Assembly (NCBI GenBank): GCA_047404175.1
Contig: JBDOIW010000007.1
Coordinates: 4,517 to 68,516, forward strand
Reading direction: 5' to 3'
Origin: Legionellales bacterium
GTDB taxonomy: Bacteria > Pseudomonadota > Gammaproteobacteria > M30B25
Length of the DNA: 64,000 nucleotides
Shown: piece by piece, positions 1-10,100 of the stretch
How positions within the stretch are numbered: the first letter of the stretch is position 1
How the letters are laid out: each line of letters begins with the position of its first letter
Notes under the pieces: model-generated
The model's database searches: none
Seen by the model: only the letters and a program-made list of their open reading frames with translations
What the model was told of the DNA's origin: nothing
Program-made: the position numbers and the translations under genes

Positions 1-778
1 TAACTGTATTGTAATCAATAGGTAAATTTGATGTTCTGACAGGTTCTGCCGCGAGAAGGCCTAGAGTTTTATTCTGAGACAAATTATCACAAAGTGTCTT
101 GGCCGCCTTTTGTGTATCATTAGGATTAGCCTTAGACTCAAGGTTTACAAGAATAACACGGATGATATCAAGCGCATGAAGGCTCTCTTGGTCTACTAGA
201 TCTAGTAGCTTTAATTCTACTAACTCGTGCGTTCCATTTAGATCGTCTAAACGGTTTTTGCGATAGGCATGTTTTATCATATCATCACTGAGCTTGATAT
301 CACTTACGAATGCTTCAAATGGACGAATCTCCTTTGCAGTTTTGATGGCGAGCTGATATGTCTGTCTATTTGCTTTAAGATCTTTGCTGTGATAATCATA
401 CTCACAATAAAAACCTTTTCCTGCTATCCAATTAAACATTTTTCTGGTATAATATAAAAAAGGCTTTTTGGGTTCCTCCAAATAAGTTTCTAATTTCTTT
501 TCAGAGCTCTTTGATAGCATCTTGGCGATATTACACTGGCAGTAAGGTTGGTTTTTCAAATTTTTTATGGCCTGCGCCAACTGTTTCCCAGAGGCATGTT
601 GTGTGATGATTTCCATAGGGTTGTCTAGAAAACTTAACTCAGTGTCTTGTATCATCGTTTTTTGTTGCCAAGGTGGCTTACTTAAAAAACTTTGTTGGAT
701 AAGTTGTTTTGCCAGTTTTTTACTAATTGGTATATTTTTAACAGAGCTTTTCTCGTGAGGTTTTTTTGCTTCTGTCAT
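1..778 (-). CDS. Hypothetical protein, N-terminal ~259 aa, partial (continues past the window start).
   Basis: I translated this by hand. ATG sits at 776-778 on the minus strand and the frame stays open to position 1 (MTEAKKPHEKSSVKNIPISKKLAKQLIQQSFLSKPPWQQK...). The supplied ORF track misses it because no stop falls inside the window. I see no recognisable domain. Confidence 0.5.
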   Translation of the reverse strand, partial: MTEAKKPHEKSSVKNIPISKKLAKQLIQQSFLSKPPWQQKTMIQDTELSFLDNPMEIITQHASGKQLAQAIKNLKNQPYCQCNIAKMLSKSSEKKLETYLEEPKKPFLYYTRKMFNWIAGKGFYCEYDYHSKDLKANRQTYQLAIKTAKEIRPFEAFVSDIKLSDDMIKHAYRKNRLDDLNGTHELVELKLLDLVDQESLHALDIIRVILVNLESKANPNDTQKAAKTLCDNLSQNKTLGLLAAEPVRTSNLPIDYNTV

Positions 779-991
779 AGATGCGTCATAGTTTTGATTG
801 TAATGATAATTATAGTTGTTATTATTCTATTTGTGTTGCTCGCTATTTTTTTGGTGGGCGTGTTATGTCTTTTCTCAGCGTCCATTTGGGGAATAGATAT
901 GTCTCTAAGTTATTATTCATGCGATAAAACTTTTGCATCTTGCGTCTATATTCGTTAGCATTAAAGCTCTGTGGATAAAGAAGGACAGCCC

Positions 992-1669
992 ATGCCATCG
1001 GTTTCTATTCTCGATATGTTTGCTGCTTCCCCAGTAAAGCCTCTGCAGGCCCATATGGAAAGCACCTTGCAAGCTATTGATAGACTCGCTGTCTTTTTTT
1101 CGGCTGTGCTTATGCGGGACTGGCAAAGCGCGGAATCGGATTATCACGTTATTTGCCAGGCAGAACTTAAAGCCGATCAACTCAAAGCTGATTTACGTGA
1201 ACATCTGCCTAAGGGCTTGTTTATGTCCATGTCAAGAAATGACATTTTGGGTATCTTAAAGACCCAGGAGAAAATGGCTAACACTTGCAAAGCCATTGCA
1301 ACATTGGTGCTTACTCGCAAAATGCTAGTGCCGGAAGATCTTCAGCAGCCGATTAAAGATTATCTTGATGATATTATGCATGCTGTCCATCGGGCGGCGA
1401 GTGCAATTAGCCGTGTTGACGAGCTGATGGAAATTGGATTTAAGGGGATTGAAGCCGATAAAATTGAGCGTCGTATTCACCAGGTGGATGATGCTGCAAC
1501 AAACGTTGAAGATAGGCATCTTGAGCTTAGACAGCTTTTGTTTTCAAAGGAAGATCAGTTTAGTCCTGTCGAAGTGATGTTTTTGTACCAACTGTTAGAT
1601 CAAATGGCCAGTATTGCAAGGCTTGCTGACAATCTAGGTGGGCGATTGTTACTGTTATTAGCGAAGTAA
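992..1669 (+). CDS. DUF47 / PhoU-like phosphate-transport regulator (Pit accessory protein family).
   Basis: MPSVSILDMFAASPVKPLQAHM... resembles DUF47 (TIGR00153) N-termini. Start chosen at the ATG after the AAGGA RBS; 971 is an alternative. It lies upstream of pit, as is common for this family. Confidence 0.75.
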   Translation: MPSVSILDMFAASPVKPLQAHMESTLQAIDRLAVFFSAVLMRDWQSAESDYHVICQAELKADQLKADLREHLPKGLFMSMSRNDILGILKTQEKMANTCKAIATLVLTRKMLVPEDLQQPIKDYLDDIMHAVHRAASAISRVDELMEIGFKGIEADKIERRIHQVDDAATNVEDRHLELRQLLFSKEDQFSPVEVMFLYQLLDQMASIARLADNLGGRLLLLLAK

Positions 1670-1677
1670 TAGGGGAA

Positions 1678-2094
1678 ATGATGTGGGATAGGATGTTAGA
1701 AAAGGCACAAGCTGTGATGAAGCAGGCTTATTGCCCTTATTCAAAATTTCAGGTAGGAGCCTGCATTTTAACACAATCTGGCGATTACTTCGTGGGTTGT
1801 AACGTAGAAAATGCGTCCTATAGCATGACCATTGACGCTGAAGCTAATGCCATTGCTCAAATGGTTGCAGCAGGGCAGCAGGATATCAAAGCCATATTGA
1901 TTATTTGCCACGGAACAACTCCTTGCGCACCTTGTGGTGCTTGTCGGCAAAAAATACGTGAGTTTGCTCAAGCGACAACACCGGTGATGATGTGTAGTAT
2001 TGAGCAAGATGGTCAAGTGCACCAACTAGAATCAACATTAGAGGCATTAATGCCCCATAGTTTTGGCCCTGAGTTTTTGCACGAAGACCACTAG
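1678..2094 (+). CDS. cdd: Cytidine deaminase, homotetrameric type.
   Basis: YSKFQVGA...GCNVENASYS...PCGACRQ closely matches tetrameric CDA. The canonical CAE zinc-ligand motif reads DAE here. Confidence 0.8.
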   Translation: MMWDRMLEKAQAVMKQAYCPYSKFQVGACILTQSGDYFVGCNVENASYSMTIDAEANAIAQMVAAGQQDIKAILIICHGTTPCAPCGACRQKIREFAQATTPVMMCSIEQDGQVHQLESTLEALMPHSFGPEFLHEDH

Positions 2095-2311
2095 ATATTT
2101 TATAGTTCTTTTGCATAGTATTGTCTTTCACGACGGGCGTTGTTAGGAGCAAGAAGTCGTCGTATCATGCTGAACATTATGGTTTTCAAAACTAGAGATG
2201 CTACCGGTTTTTGTCCTATAGCCTCATGCTAGAAAATAGCTTGCAATCTCTCAGTTTTTGTAAGAGACTTTGCTTTTTATCATGTTATGATAATAAAAGT
2301 AAACTGTAAGG

Positions 2312-3577
2312 ATGACTATGGATCATGCCCACTTACTGCTTGGCTTTGCTATTACCTTCGGGTTTATCATGGCTTGGGGGGTTGGTGCCAATGATGTTGC
2401 CAACGCAATGGGAACTTCTGTTGGCTCAAAGGCTTTAACGCTTAGGCAAGCGATCATCATTGCCATCGTGTTCGAATTGCTAGGCGCTTTTTTTGCAGGT
2501 GGGGAAGTCACTGATACCATACGTAGCCAAATAGTTGATGTAAGTTTTTTTAGCCAGCAGCCCTTAACGTTTATTTTTGGCATGTTGGCCTCTTTGTTGG
2601 CAGGTGGTACTTGGCTTATTTTGGCGAGTTACTTTGGCTGGCCCGTTTCAACAACGCATAGTATTATTGGTGCCGTTGTAGGTTTCGCCAGCGTTTGTGG
2701 CGACTGGCAGGCTATTCATTGGCAAAAAGTGGCGCAAATCGTATTCAGCTGGGTGGGTACACCTATTATGGCGCTTGTTTTTGCTTATCTTTTGTTTAGT
2801 AGTGTGCAGCGTTTGATTTTTAGATCGTTTCGTCCTGTGGAGCAGGCAAAAAAACACGTACTTTGGTATGTTTTTGCTGTGGTGTATATTATGGCGTATG
2901 TGATCGTGGCTCTTGGGGTGCAGCGTTATTATGAGTTGGGCCCTTGGTCTGTGTGGGGCATTCCATTTCTAGTGGCTTGTGTGTGTTCGCTTGTTATTTA
3001 CAAAACATATCAACAATCAATGGTGTCAGAGGGTTTAAGGCGACGAGAACAGTTTGCTAAAGTTGAGCAGGTATTTGCGTTATTGATGATCTTTACTGCG
3101 GCAGCAATGGCTTTTGCGCATGGCTCAAATGATGTAGCTAATGCAGTAGGGCCTCTAGCTGCTGTAGTGGATATCGTTTTGGCTCATGGTGATGTGGCTG
3201 CTGTTGGGCATGTGTCAAGCTGGGTTTTGGCTCTAGGGGCTCTTGGCATTATTACGGGTTTGACCACCTGGGGATATAAAGTGATTGCAACCATTGGCAA
3301 TAATATCACTCAGCTTACGCCTTCGCGTGGCTTTGCAGCGCAGCTTGCAACCTCTTCAGCAGTGATTTTAGCCTCATCATTTGGGATGCCTGTTTCAACC
3401 ACTCATACGATGGTCGGTGCCGTTTTAGGCGTAGGGTTTACCCGTGGTATTGGAGCTTTGAATACTCGAGTAGTGCGAAGTATCTTTATGTCTTGGGCAG
3501 TTACCCTCCCTGCGGGTGCTATTTTAGCTGTAATTTATTTCTATGCTTTAAAGGCGGTTTTCAACGCATTGGTTTGA
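2312..3577 (+). CDS. pit: Inorganic phosphate transporter, PiT family.
   Basis: Two GANDVANA / GSNDVANA PiT signature motifs; ~12 TM polytopic profile. Confidence 0.9.
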   Translation: MTMDHAHLLLGFAITFGFIMAWGVGANDVANAMGTSVGSKALTLRQAIIIAIVFELLGAFFAGGEVTDTIRSQIVDVSFFSQQPLTFIFGMLASLLAGGTWLILASYFGWPVSTTHSIIGAVVGFASVCGDWQAIHWQKVAQIVFSWVGTPIMALVFAYLLFSSVQRLIFRSFRPVEQAKKHVLWYVFAVVYIMAYVIVALGVQRYYELGPWSVWGIPFLVACVCSLVIYKTYQQSMVSEGLRRREQFAKVEQVFALLMIFTAAAMAFAHGSNDVANAVGPLAAVVDIVLAHGDVAAVGHVSSWVLALGALGIITGLTTWGYKVIATIGNNITQLTPSRGFAAQLATSSAVILASSFGMPVSTTHTMVGAVLGVGFTRGIGALNTRVVRSIFMSWAVTLPAGAILAVIYFYALKAVFNALV

Positions 3578-4853
3578 AGCTGATAGACGAATTATGTGCT
3601 TCCCCAATTCCATTATATGCTTTCTCAATGCGAATTCCTAGGTAGTCACTGCTGTGATCGTTAAGTGCCACTGTTATGGCATCGAGACCATTGTCTATTT
3701 CATTTTTAGGATCTAGGTTTAAATTTTCCAGTAACTTACTAAAATCTTGTTGTGCTTTACTACCAGTTGGCTCTGAAAGCCCTTTCCTAATAACGGTTAA
3801 TATTATGGTTTCCCTGTTTGATAAATGTTCATCACCTTCGCTAAGTAGATTTGTTATTTCGCTAGTATCAGTATTCTCAAGACCTCTAGTTATCAATATG
3901 CTTGAAATGGTATTCCCTTTGAATGCTTTCTGTTCATCACGAGTTAATAATTGCGCCCTTACTTTTTTTAAGAGTTCTTTGGAATTAGTGCCATTATATC
4001 CTATAAAATCACAAAGTTTTCTAACTGCTGTGTTATCAAAACCACCTCTTTTACTTGCTCTGACACATATAGTTATAAGTTTTTGTGCCTCGGTGGCTTG
4101 GTTATAATCTACATTAAATTCAGCTTTTAAAAGCTCTTTCATATTATCAGAAAAAAAGTCTTGTTGTTCTGCGATGGACTCGAAAAAATCTAATTGTTTC
4201 TTTTTTGCAGTAGTATCATGCATGGCTGCTTGAAAGTTTTTTTTGTCTTTGGGTGATTTTAGTTCTAGCGCTTTGGATACAAGGCTTTGAAACTTTTCTT
4301 TAGTTAAGCACTGTGGACTTGTTCGTAAAGTTGCTGTTGACCGTAGAAATTGACATGCTTGGTTTAGCTCAGATTCCAAAGTGCCGTTATAGCCTACAAA
4401 CTCACAAAGATTTTTTACCTGAGAATTTTCAAATCCATTTTCCGATCTAGCTCTTACTATGATTGTTTTGATGATGTCTTCGCATCTGGCGTTATCTTTG
4501 TCATAATATTTTAGGCATACTCTTTTAAAAAGATGCTCCATTCTGGTCGAAAAAACGGGACATTTTTCTTTAAACGATTGGGTTGTCTTCTCAAAACAAT
4601 GTTTATATATTTTCTGGACAGTATCGCGCCCATCTGCTTCTCTGCCAGTTGTATAGCTTGTATCATCCGAGCATATCACAGCGAGAATCTGCTCTTGAGT
4701 GAGTGAATCGTAGTCTTTTCCAAAGCAAGTTTGGGCGAACTGTTGTTGTTCTAGTGTGAGATATGGTGGATTCAGCCTGGTTTTATTTAGTATGCTATAT
4801 TGATCATCTGGATCCTCGTACGCAGACTCATCGTACACAGACTCATCGCTCAT
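3561..4853 (-). CDS. Hypothetical protein with an acidic N-terminus and an internal ~125-aa duplication.
   Basis: 430-aa ORF. The motif IIVRARSENGFENSQVKNLCEFVGYNGT recurs as ICVRASKRGGFDNTAVRKLCDFIGYNGT about 125 aa later. The N-terminus is rich in D/E/Y. No housekeeping homology recognised. Confidence 0.6.
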   Translation of the reverse strand: MSDESVYDESAYEDPDDQYSILNKTRLNPPYLTLEQQQFAQTCFGKDYDSLTQEQILAVICSDDTSYTTGREADGRDTVQKIYKHCFEKTTQSFKEKCPVFSTRMEHLFKRVCLKYYDKDNARCEDIIKTIIVRARSENGFENSQVKNLCEFVGYNGTLESELNQACQFLRSTATLRTSPQCLTKEKFQSLVSKALELKSPKDKKNFQAAMHDTTAKKKQLDFFESIAEQQDFFSDNMKELLKAEFNVDYNQATEAQKLITICVRASKRGGFDNTAVRKLCDFIGYNGTNSKELLKKVRAQLLTRDEQKAFKGNTISSILITRGLENTDTSEITNLLSEGDEHLSNRETIILTVIRKGLSEPTGSKAQQDFSKLLENLNLDPKNEIDNGLDAITVALNDHSSDYLGIRIEKAYNGIGEAHNSSISFKPMR

Positions 4854-4990
4854 TATTCATAGTATGGTTGTTAATAATGATAAAATTATAGTCGGTTATT
4901 AAATAAAGGTGACTGAGGGTTTAGTTTGGTGTTTTAAATTTTGCAATGCAGTAAGAAGTGTTGTTATCACATGAACAACAGCGCTGATTT

Positions 4991-5014
4991 AGCCTGCTTC
5001 TGAAGAAGCAGGCT
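4991..5014. repeat. Perfect 24-bp palindrome AGCCTGCTTCTGAAGAAGCAGGCT.
   Basis: Read directly: 10-bp arms with a 4-nt centre, inside the 720-bp divergent intergenic region. Confidence 0.8.
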
Positions 5015-5065
5015 GTAGCTAGTCCATACGTTTACCATTTTAGCAGTGATGAAGAAGGAGTAAAG

Positions 5066-5110
5066 ATGATGAGCATAGCACTTAATGAGAGAATTTTTTT
5101 TTGCTTATGA
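5066..5110 (+). CDS. Candidate tiny ORF 1 (14 aa, MMSIALNERIFFCL).
   Basis: AAGGAG lies 5 nt upstream of ATG. Its stop TGA overlaps the ATG of the next tiny ORF (ATGA coupling). Confidence 0.25.
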   Translation: MMSIALNERIFFCL

Positions 5111-5187
5111 TTTTGAATAAAAAAATGTTTTTTTGTGAGATAAAATCTGTTTGGAAAAGCGTTATGTCGGGTAATTCAAAGGGGTGA
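5107..5187 (+). CDS. Candidate tiny ORF 2 (26 aa, MILNKKMFFCEIKSVWKSVMSGNSKG).
   Basis: Start is coupled to ORF 1 by ATGA. Its stop codon sits inside a GC hairpin plus T-run terminator (5181-5207). Confidence 0.25.
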   Translation: MILNKKMFFCEIKSVWKSVMSGNSKG

Positions 5188-5207
5188 TCGAGTCACCCCT
5201 TTTTTTC
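5181..5207 (+). terminator. Rho-independent terminator.
   Basis: GGGGTGA-tcgag-TCACCCC stem followed by TTTTTTT, on the plus strand. Confidence 0.6.
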
Positions 5208-5572
5208 TTTCCTTTTACATCCCTTTGCATACTTCCTATGCATTGTAAAACCCATCCTTGGCTTTCTTCCTTGATTACACTCCGTGTCCATGCTGCTTAC
5301 TTGCGTAAGCTAATCTTTTCCATGAACAAAGGTTAACGCATGGTTACCTTGAACGCAAGTGCTTGAGTAATATTTGTTTTTACGACTCATGCCTGGAAGG
5401 ATCTTAAGTGGCTGTATTTGTTATCTTTTTGTTTTTGACCTTGGTTTTTTTTTACCTCATTATGCTTTAATGCTCAGGTATCTATAAGATATATCTCACT
5501 TTTTGGCTGTTGATAAATGAGTGTTTGTTGCGTACCTTTGTGATACGCTTAAAAAACAAATGAACGAGGGAA

Positions 5573-6235
5573 ATGATGTCAACTATTGCAGTGATTTTAT
5601 CAGGATGTGGTGTTTTTGATGGATCAGAAATACATGAGTCTGTTTTCGTCTTACAGGCACTTGATGCTTTAGGATATCAGTATCAGTGTCTAGCGCCTGA
5701 CGATGATATGGCTATTATTAACCACATGACACAGCAGGAAGAAGAAGGGCAAAGAAACAGCCTTATCGAATCTGCTAGAATTGCCCGAGGCGATTGCAAG
5801 CCATTAGGTCAAGCCAACCCTGAGGACTATGTTGCAGCAATCTTTCCAGGTGGTTTTGGGGTGGCTAAACATCTTAGTACTTTTGCTGCAGAAGGTGCTG
5901 ATTGCTCTATCCATCAAGAAGTTCTCAAGTTTGCACAAGCGATGGCGCAAAGCCAAAAGCCTCAAGGTTTTTTGTGCATTGCTCCTGTTCTTATGCCAAA
6001 GATCTATGGAAAAGGTGTCAGGCTTACTATCGGGAACGACTCAAGCACCATTGAGGCCATCGAGGCGATGGGTGGACATCATCAAGAAGCAAAAGTCGAT
6101 GAGGTTGTCATTGATGAAGGCTATCGTGCTGTTTCTTCGCCCGCTTATATGCTCGCCACTTCGATTACGCAAGCGCATCATAGTGTAACAGCTCTTGTTC
6201 ATAAACTTGATGAGTTAATTCGCGAAGAGAAGTAA
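5573..6235 (+). CDS. elbB: ElbB-type DJ-1/PfpI family protein (glyoxalase III-like).
   Basis: VILSGCGVFDGSEIHE...PGGFGVAKHLS...CIAP...SPAYM is near-collinear with E. coli ElbB. Confidence 0.85.
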   Translation: MMSTIAVILSGCGVFDGSEIHESVFVLQALDALGYQYQCLAPDDDMAIINHMTQQEEEGQRNSLIESARIARGDCKPLGQANPEDYVAAIFPGGFGVAKHLSTFAAEGADCSIHQEVLKFAQAMAQSQKPQGFLCIAPVLMPKIYGKGVRLTIGNDSSTIEAIEAMGGHHQEAKVDEVVIDEGYRAVSSPAYMLATSITQAHHSVTALVHKLDELIREEK

Positions 6236-6292
6236 AGGCTTGATATGGCAATCATTAGGTGGTTGATAGTAAGTCAATTAATTTTTCTAAGT

Positions 6293-7036
6293 TCAATTTG
6301 CCTTGAGATCGCCATACTTAAACTGAGCAAGGCTTATCGCAGTAATCGCTGTGGTTTCGGTGCGTAAGATTCTTGGCCCTAGGTGTAAGGATCGTGCCTT
6401 ATGTCGTTGAAATAGATCCAGCTCTGCAGAACTAAATCCTCCTTCAGGGCCTGTGATGAGAGTGATATCATCAGCCTCATCCCCAGGCCATGAGGATCCT
6501 TGCTGATGCGGGTTTAAAACACATAGATGTGTTGATGCGGGTAATAGAGATAATATGTCAGAACAGGTTAATACGGGGTGAATGACAGGAAGCTTTTGCC
6601 TTTTTGCTTGTTCGCAAGCCTGAGTAGCAACTGCCTGCCAATGCTGATGTTTTTTTGCAGCACGATCACCTTTGATTTTAATATCAGAATGATCCATCAG
6701 GCAGGGGTAGATGTCATGAATGCCAAGCTCGGTGGTTTTTTGTACGATCCAATCCATTTTGTCAAAACGACATAAACCTTGAATAAGACGTATTTTACAC
6801 GGTGACTCTTGTTGCAGGGGGAGGCATGCATCGATGTGTACAGCAACAAGCTTAGTATCTGTTGCCGAGATGGTTCCTTTGTAGCTTTTACCGTCACCAC
6901 AAAACAGTGTCACTTCGCAGCCTTGTTTTATGCGCAACACATGTTTCAAATGATGTGATTTTTTTTCATCAAGATGAAGGGTCGCATTCATTTCTATGGG
7001 GTGGGGGCTGTAGATATGAGGTGTATACATAGACAT
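6293..7036 (-). CDS. rsmE: 16S rRNA (uracil1498-N3)-methyltransferase RsmE.
   Basis: N-terminal PHIYSP...HLKHVLR and C-terminal ITGPEGGFS...LGPRILRTETAA motifs are typical of RsmE. Confidence 0.85.
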   Translation of the reverse strand: MSMYTPHIYSPHPIEMNATLHLDEKKSHHLKHVLRIKQGCEVTLFCGDGKSYKGTISATDTKLVAVHIDACLPLQQESPCKIRLIQGLCRFDKMDWIVQKTTELGIHDIYPCLMDHSDIKIKGDRAAKKHQHWQAVATQACEQAKRQKLPVIHPVLTCSDILSLLPASTHLCVLNPHQQGSSWPGDEADDITLITGPEGGFSSAELDLFQRHKARSLHLGPRILRTETTAITAISLAQFKYGDLKAN

Positions 7037-7121
7037 GGTTTAAACTGTTTTTTTTACCTTAACTCAAATAATTAAATTTTCAACTATCTTTCAATAAATA
7101 GGATTAATAGAGAAGAAGCTT

Positions 7122-10100
7122 GTGATATTTGATGACTGTGCATTTGAGGATATGATCCAAGGTATAGGTGATCCATTGCCTAAGAATAGGCGTGGCTTTG
7201 TTGATACAGGAAAACTACAACAGGGCGATATTCAATACAGCACACCAAGCAAAAGTAGGCTCGCTGTTAATAACATTATAAAATCAGTCAACCAATTTGG
7301 CGTCAGAGCTGATTTACTTATAGCACCTATTACCGAACTAGCGATAGGGCTTAATGCTCAAAATGCTAAAACATTTAATGAGTGTTTACATAAAGAAACT
7401 CCTGATGAAAGAATGGAGGCCCTAAAGACTTGGGCTAGAAAAAATCAGCTCAATAGTTTTCATAGCTTTTGTGAGATGTACAACAACGAGGTGAGTCAAG
7501 CGCTGCTTGCTCTCACTGGATATAAAGCATCAAATACTTCTTCCAATACAGATCGAAACTTCAACAGATTTTTGAAAATATTGCAAGCCACGCTTGTAGA
7601 ACCATCTCTCACAGAAGACTTGAGTAAATTGAAAGAAGATATAAAAGAGATTACGGTACCCCCTGATAGCACAGCACGCGAACAGATCGTAAAATGGAAA
7701 GAGTCATTGGTAAATCATTCTCTTGATTATCTTAAAGATACTTATCTAGGATGGCTATCGAAACTAGGCGGACAGTATTCGGCACGAAGCTCTGTGTACC
7801 AAGAATTTAATCGCCATGCTAAGAGTGTGACCGTGTTATCGTCAAAAGTTTTCCTACAATCCTTTAAAGGAAGGCAATTAAGAGATGAACTAGCCAAAGA
7901 AGAGTTTTTGTCTGCACTTTCTGGCATATACGAAAAGAATCAGTGTGTTGACATTGAGCCCTCTGATCTTGATTCTTTCGTAAAGAAATTTGAATCTGTT
8001 CTTAATAAACCAAGTGTCAATTTTTCTGAGACTTCAAAATTAGATTTGCTTAGTAAAGCATTTTCTGCATTAAGCTCTCATTCTCAAGAACAATTAAAAA
8101 CCACTCTTTTATCTCGCACTCAAGATCAAACTAAACAACAAAGTATCTATGACTACCTTGTTGCAACTGAGCGAGGTTCAGAGCTTTCTGTGGCTTATTC
8201 GTCACAATCAAGTAACCCTTGGCTTATTATATATCCTGGTGGTAATTGTTTTGGCTTTACCATGAATGAGGTGCAAGGAAAAGAAGCTAAGGGCGCAAAG
8301 CATGTTATTGATTTTGATTTACTTTATAATCAGAAAAATCAAGCGGCAATTAAAGGGCGTAAGGATTTATCTAAAGGCTTTGTGATTGAGGCTCAGCCCA
8401 TGATCGAGTCGATGCTACACGATTTGGCCAATGGCGATACGATGACCCTAGGTTTTGGATCTAGTGGTGGTGGACCTGGACATATTATCAGCTTAAAGCG
8501 AATTGATACTGAAGCATTTAAAGGGTATGAGTTTGTAGATTGTAATAATGTTAGGATACGTTGGAATTGGAAGCCCGAAGATGCTGCAAAGTATGCTGCA
8601 GATCATATTCAAGCTCAATCCTATACGGATCCTACCTGCTATCTAGACCTTACACGCTTTAGAGCGGATGCGAATAAAATTTCATGGAAGAGGTTCACTC
8701 GATGGCTTTCATCACTCTTGCCATCCACTAAAGCAAGTCCAGTTGAAAACTTTCACAAAGTCAAAACAAAAGAGGTTTTATCTAGTTCTCCAAGTGATCA
8801 AGTGATGGACGGTTCGACGCTTTATGTTAAGTTTGAATCTCACAAACCAAGTAATTATTATGGCTGGAAGAAGCTGAGTGATTTGAACCTAACTACCGAG
8901 AAATATGGGTGCCTATTAAGGGGACAGACGTGTAAAATAAAATTCAATGAAAAAGACCAAGACGGCAATGAAGTTAAGATTCCAGTTGAACTATCTCATT
9001 GTGTTGCAGTGAGAAATCATCATCATAAAAAGAGTACTAGAGCAGAATTATTGGCCAAAAAGGGTGAAGAGGTCAACGAAGCTGATCATGCAGCTGTAGG
9101 GAAATTAATAGATAATCTAAGTAGCCTCGAGGCACAGTCTATCAACTACGAGCATATGGGCCGAAAATACCAAGACGCTATCATGGCGAAGATAGAACAT
9201 TGGTTCAGTTCGAAGGGTCAAGCTTTCACCGCGGATCATAAGCAGCATGGCATAAGGCGAGTAATAAGCACTGTAGTTGATTTGGGTACTGTGATGGATG
9301 ACGATGACGATGAAGAAGACGACGATGACATCGATCTTGATACAATTGCCCCCCAAATCAGTTATCAGTTTTTATCTGAGTGGTGTGATAAGATTTTTGT
9401 TCATGATAGTAATCGCTTTTTGGGCCGCTTGTTTGACGCTTGTGGTGGGACGGAAATTAGTACAATTGAGAACTTTAAGCATTTGCAAGTGATGCTGCAT
9501 ACGACTCTTGAAGCGGGTAAGAAAAACCTTTGTGTTGAGTATTTAAAGTATGTTGCTGAGCAATATCCATCTACAAGAATAGCTGGTCCAAGTAGTAAAT
9601 TTTATCGCTATCTTTCTGAGTTTATAAAAGAGCTTGCATCGCTTGATCCAGACAATTTGAAAATTTGTTTCGAGCAATTTAAGGATAAGCCCGAAAGACC
9701 ATGGATGATGGCTAGTATTAACTTGATCGAAGACACTAAAACATTACAAACAATCCTTAAGGTTGCGCCAAATGAAATAAAAAAACAGATAGTAGTAAAT
9801 TGGTTGGCGAAAGAGTTTAAGAATAAGAATGACTTCAACGCAACTGTGAGACAATTGAATACTACCCCTGTGGATTATCAAAAACTAGCTGCCATTTTTT
9901 CTTGTACAACATGGGATGCGTGCCAACAAGTTATAACGAAAGCTACCCCTGTTTCTCGTCGACGAGTCAAACAAGACTCACAAGGGGGTCAGGGAGGTCG
10001 ACGTGTTAAGGGCAATAAAGAGCAAAGAACCAAAGGGGGTTCACAAGCCCTTAATCGATCACACAGAATTTATCCCGGTGATAAAAGATGTAAAGAAAAA

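Noticed and set aside
3676-4107. A 143-aa plus-strand ORF antisense to the 430-aa orphan gene. The same goes for the other 60-120-aa antisense ORFs inside pit, elbB, rsmE, polA, comM and others.
   Set aside because: They are fully embedded antisense in longer, better-supported genes. They are typical shadow ORFs.
5298-5360. An imperfect nested inverted repeat (ACTTGCGT ... ACGCAAGT enclosing GGTTAACGCATGGTTACC) in the 720-bp intergenic region.
   Set aside because: It may be a structured RNA, but no riboswitch or known sRNA consensus was recognisable. It is folded into the intergenic-region findings rather than called separately.
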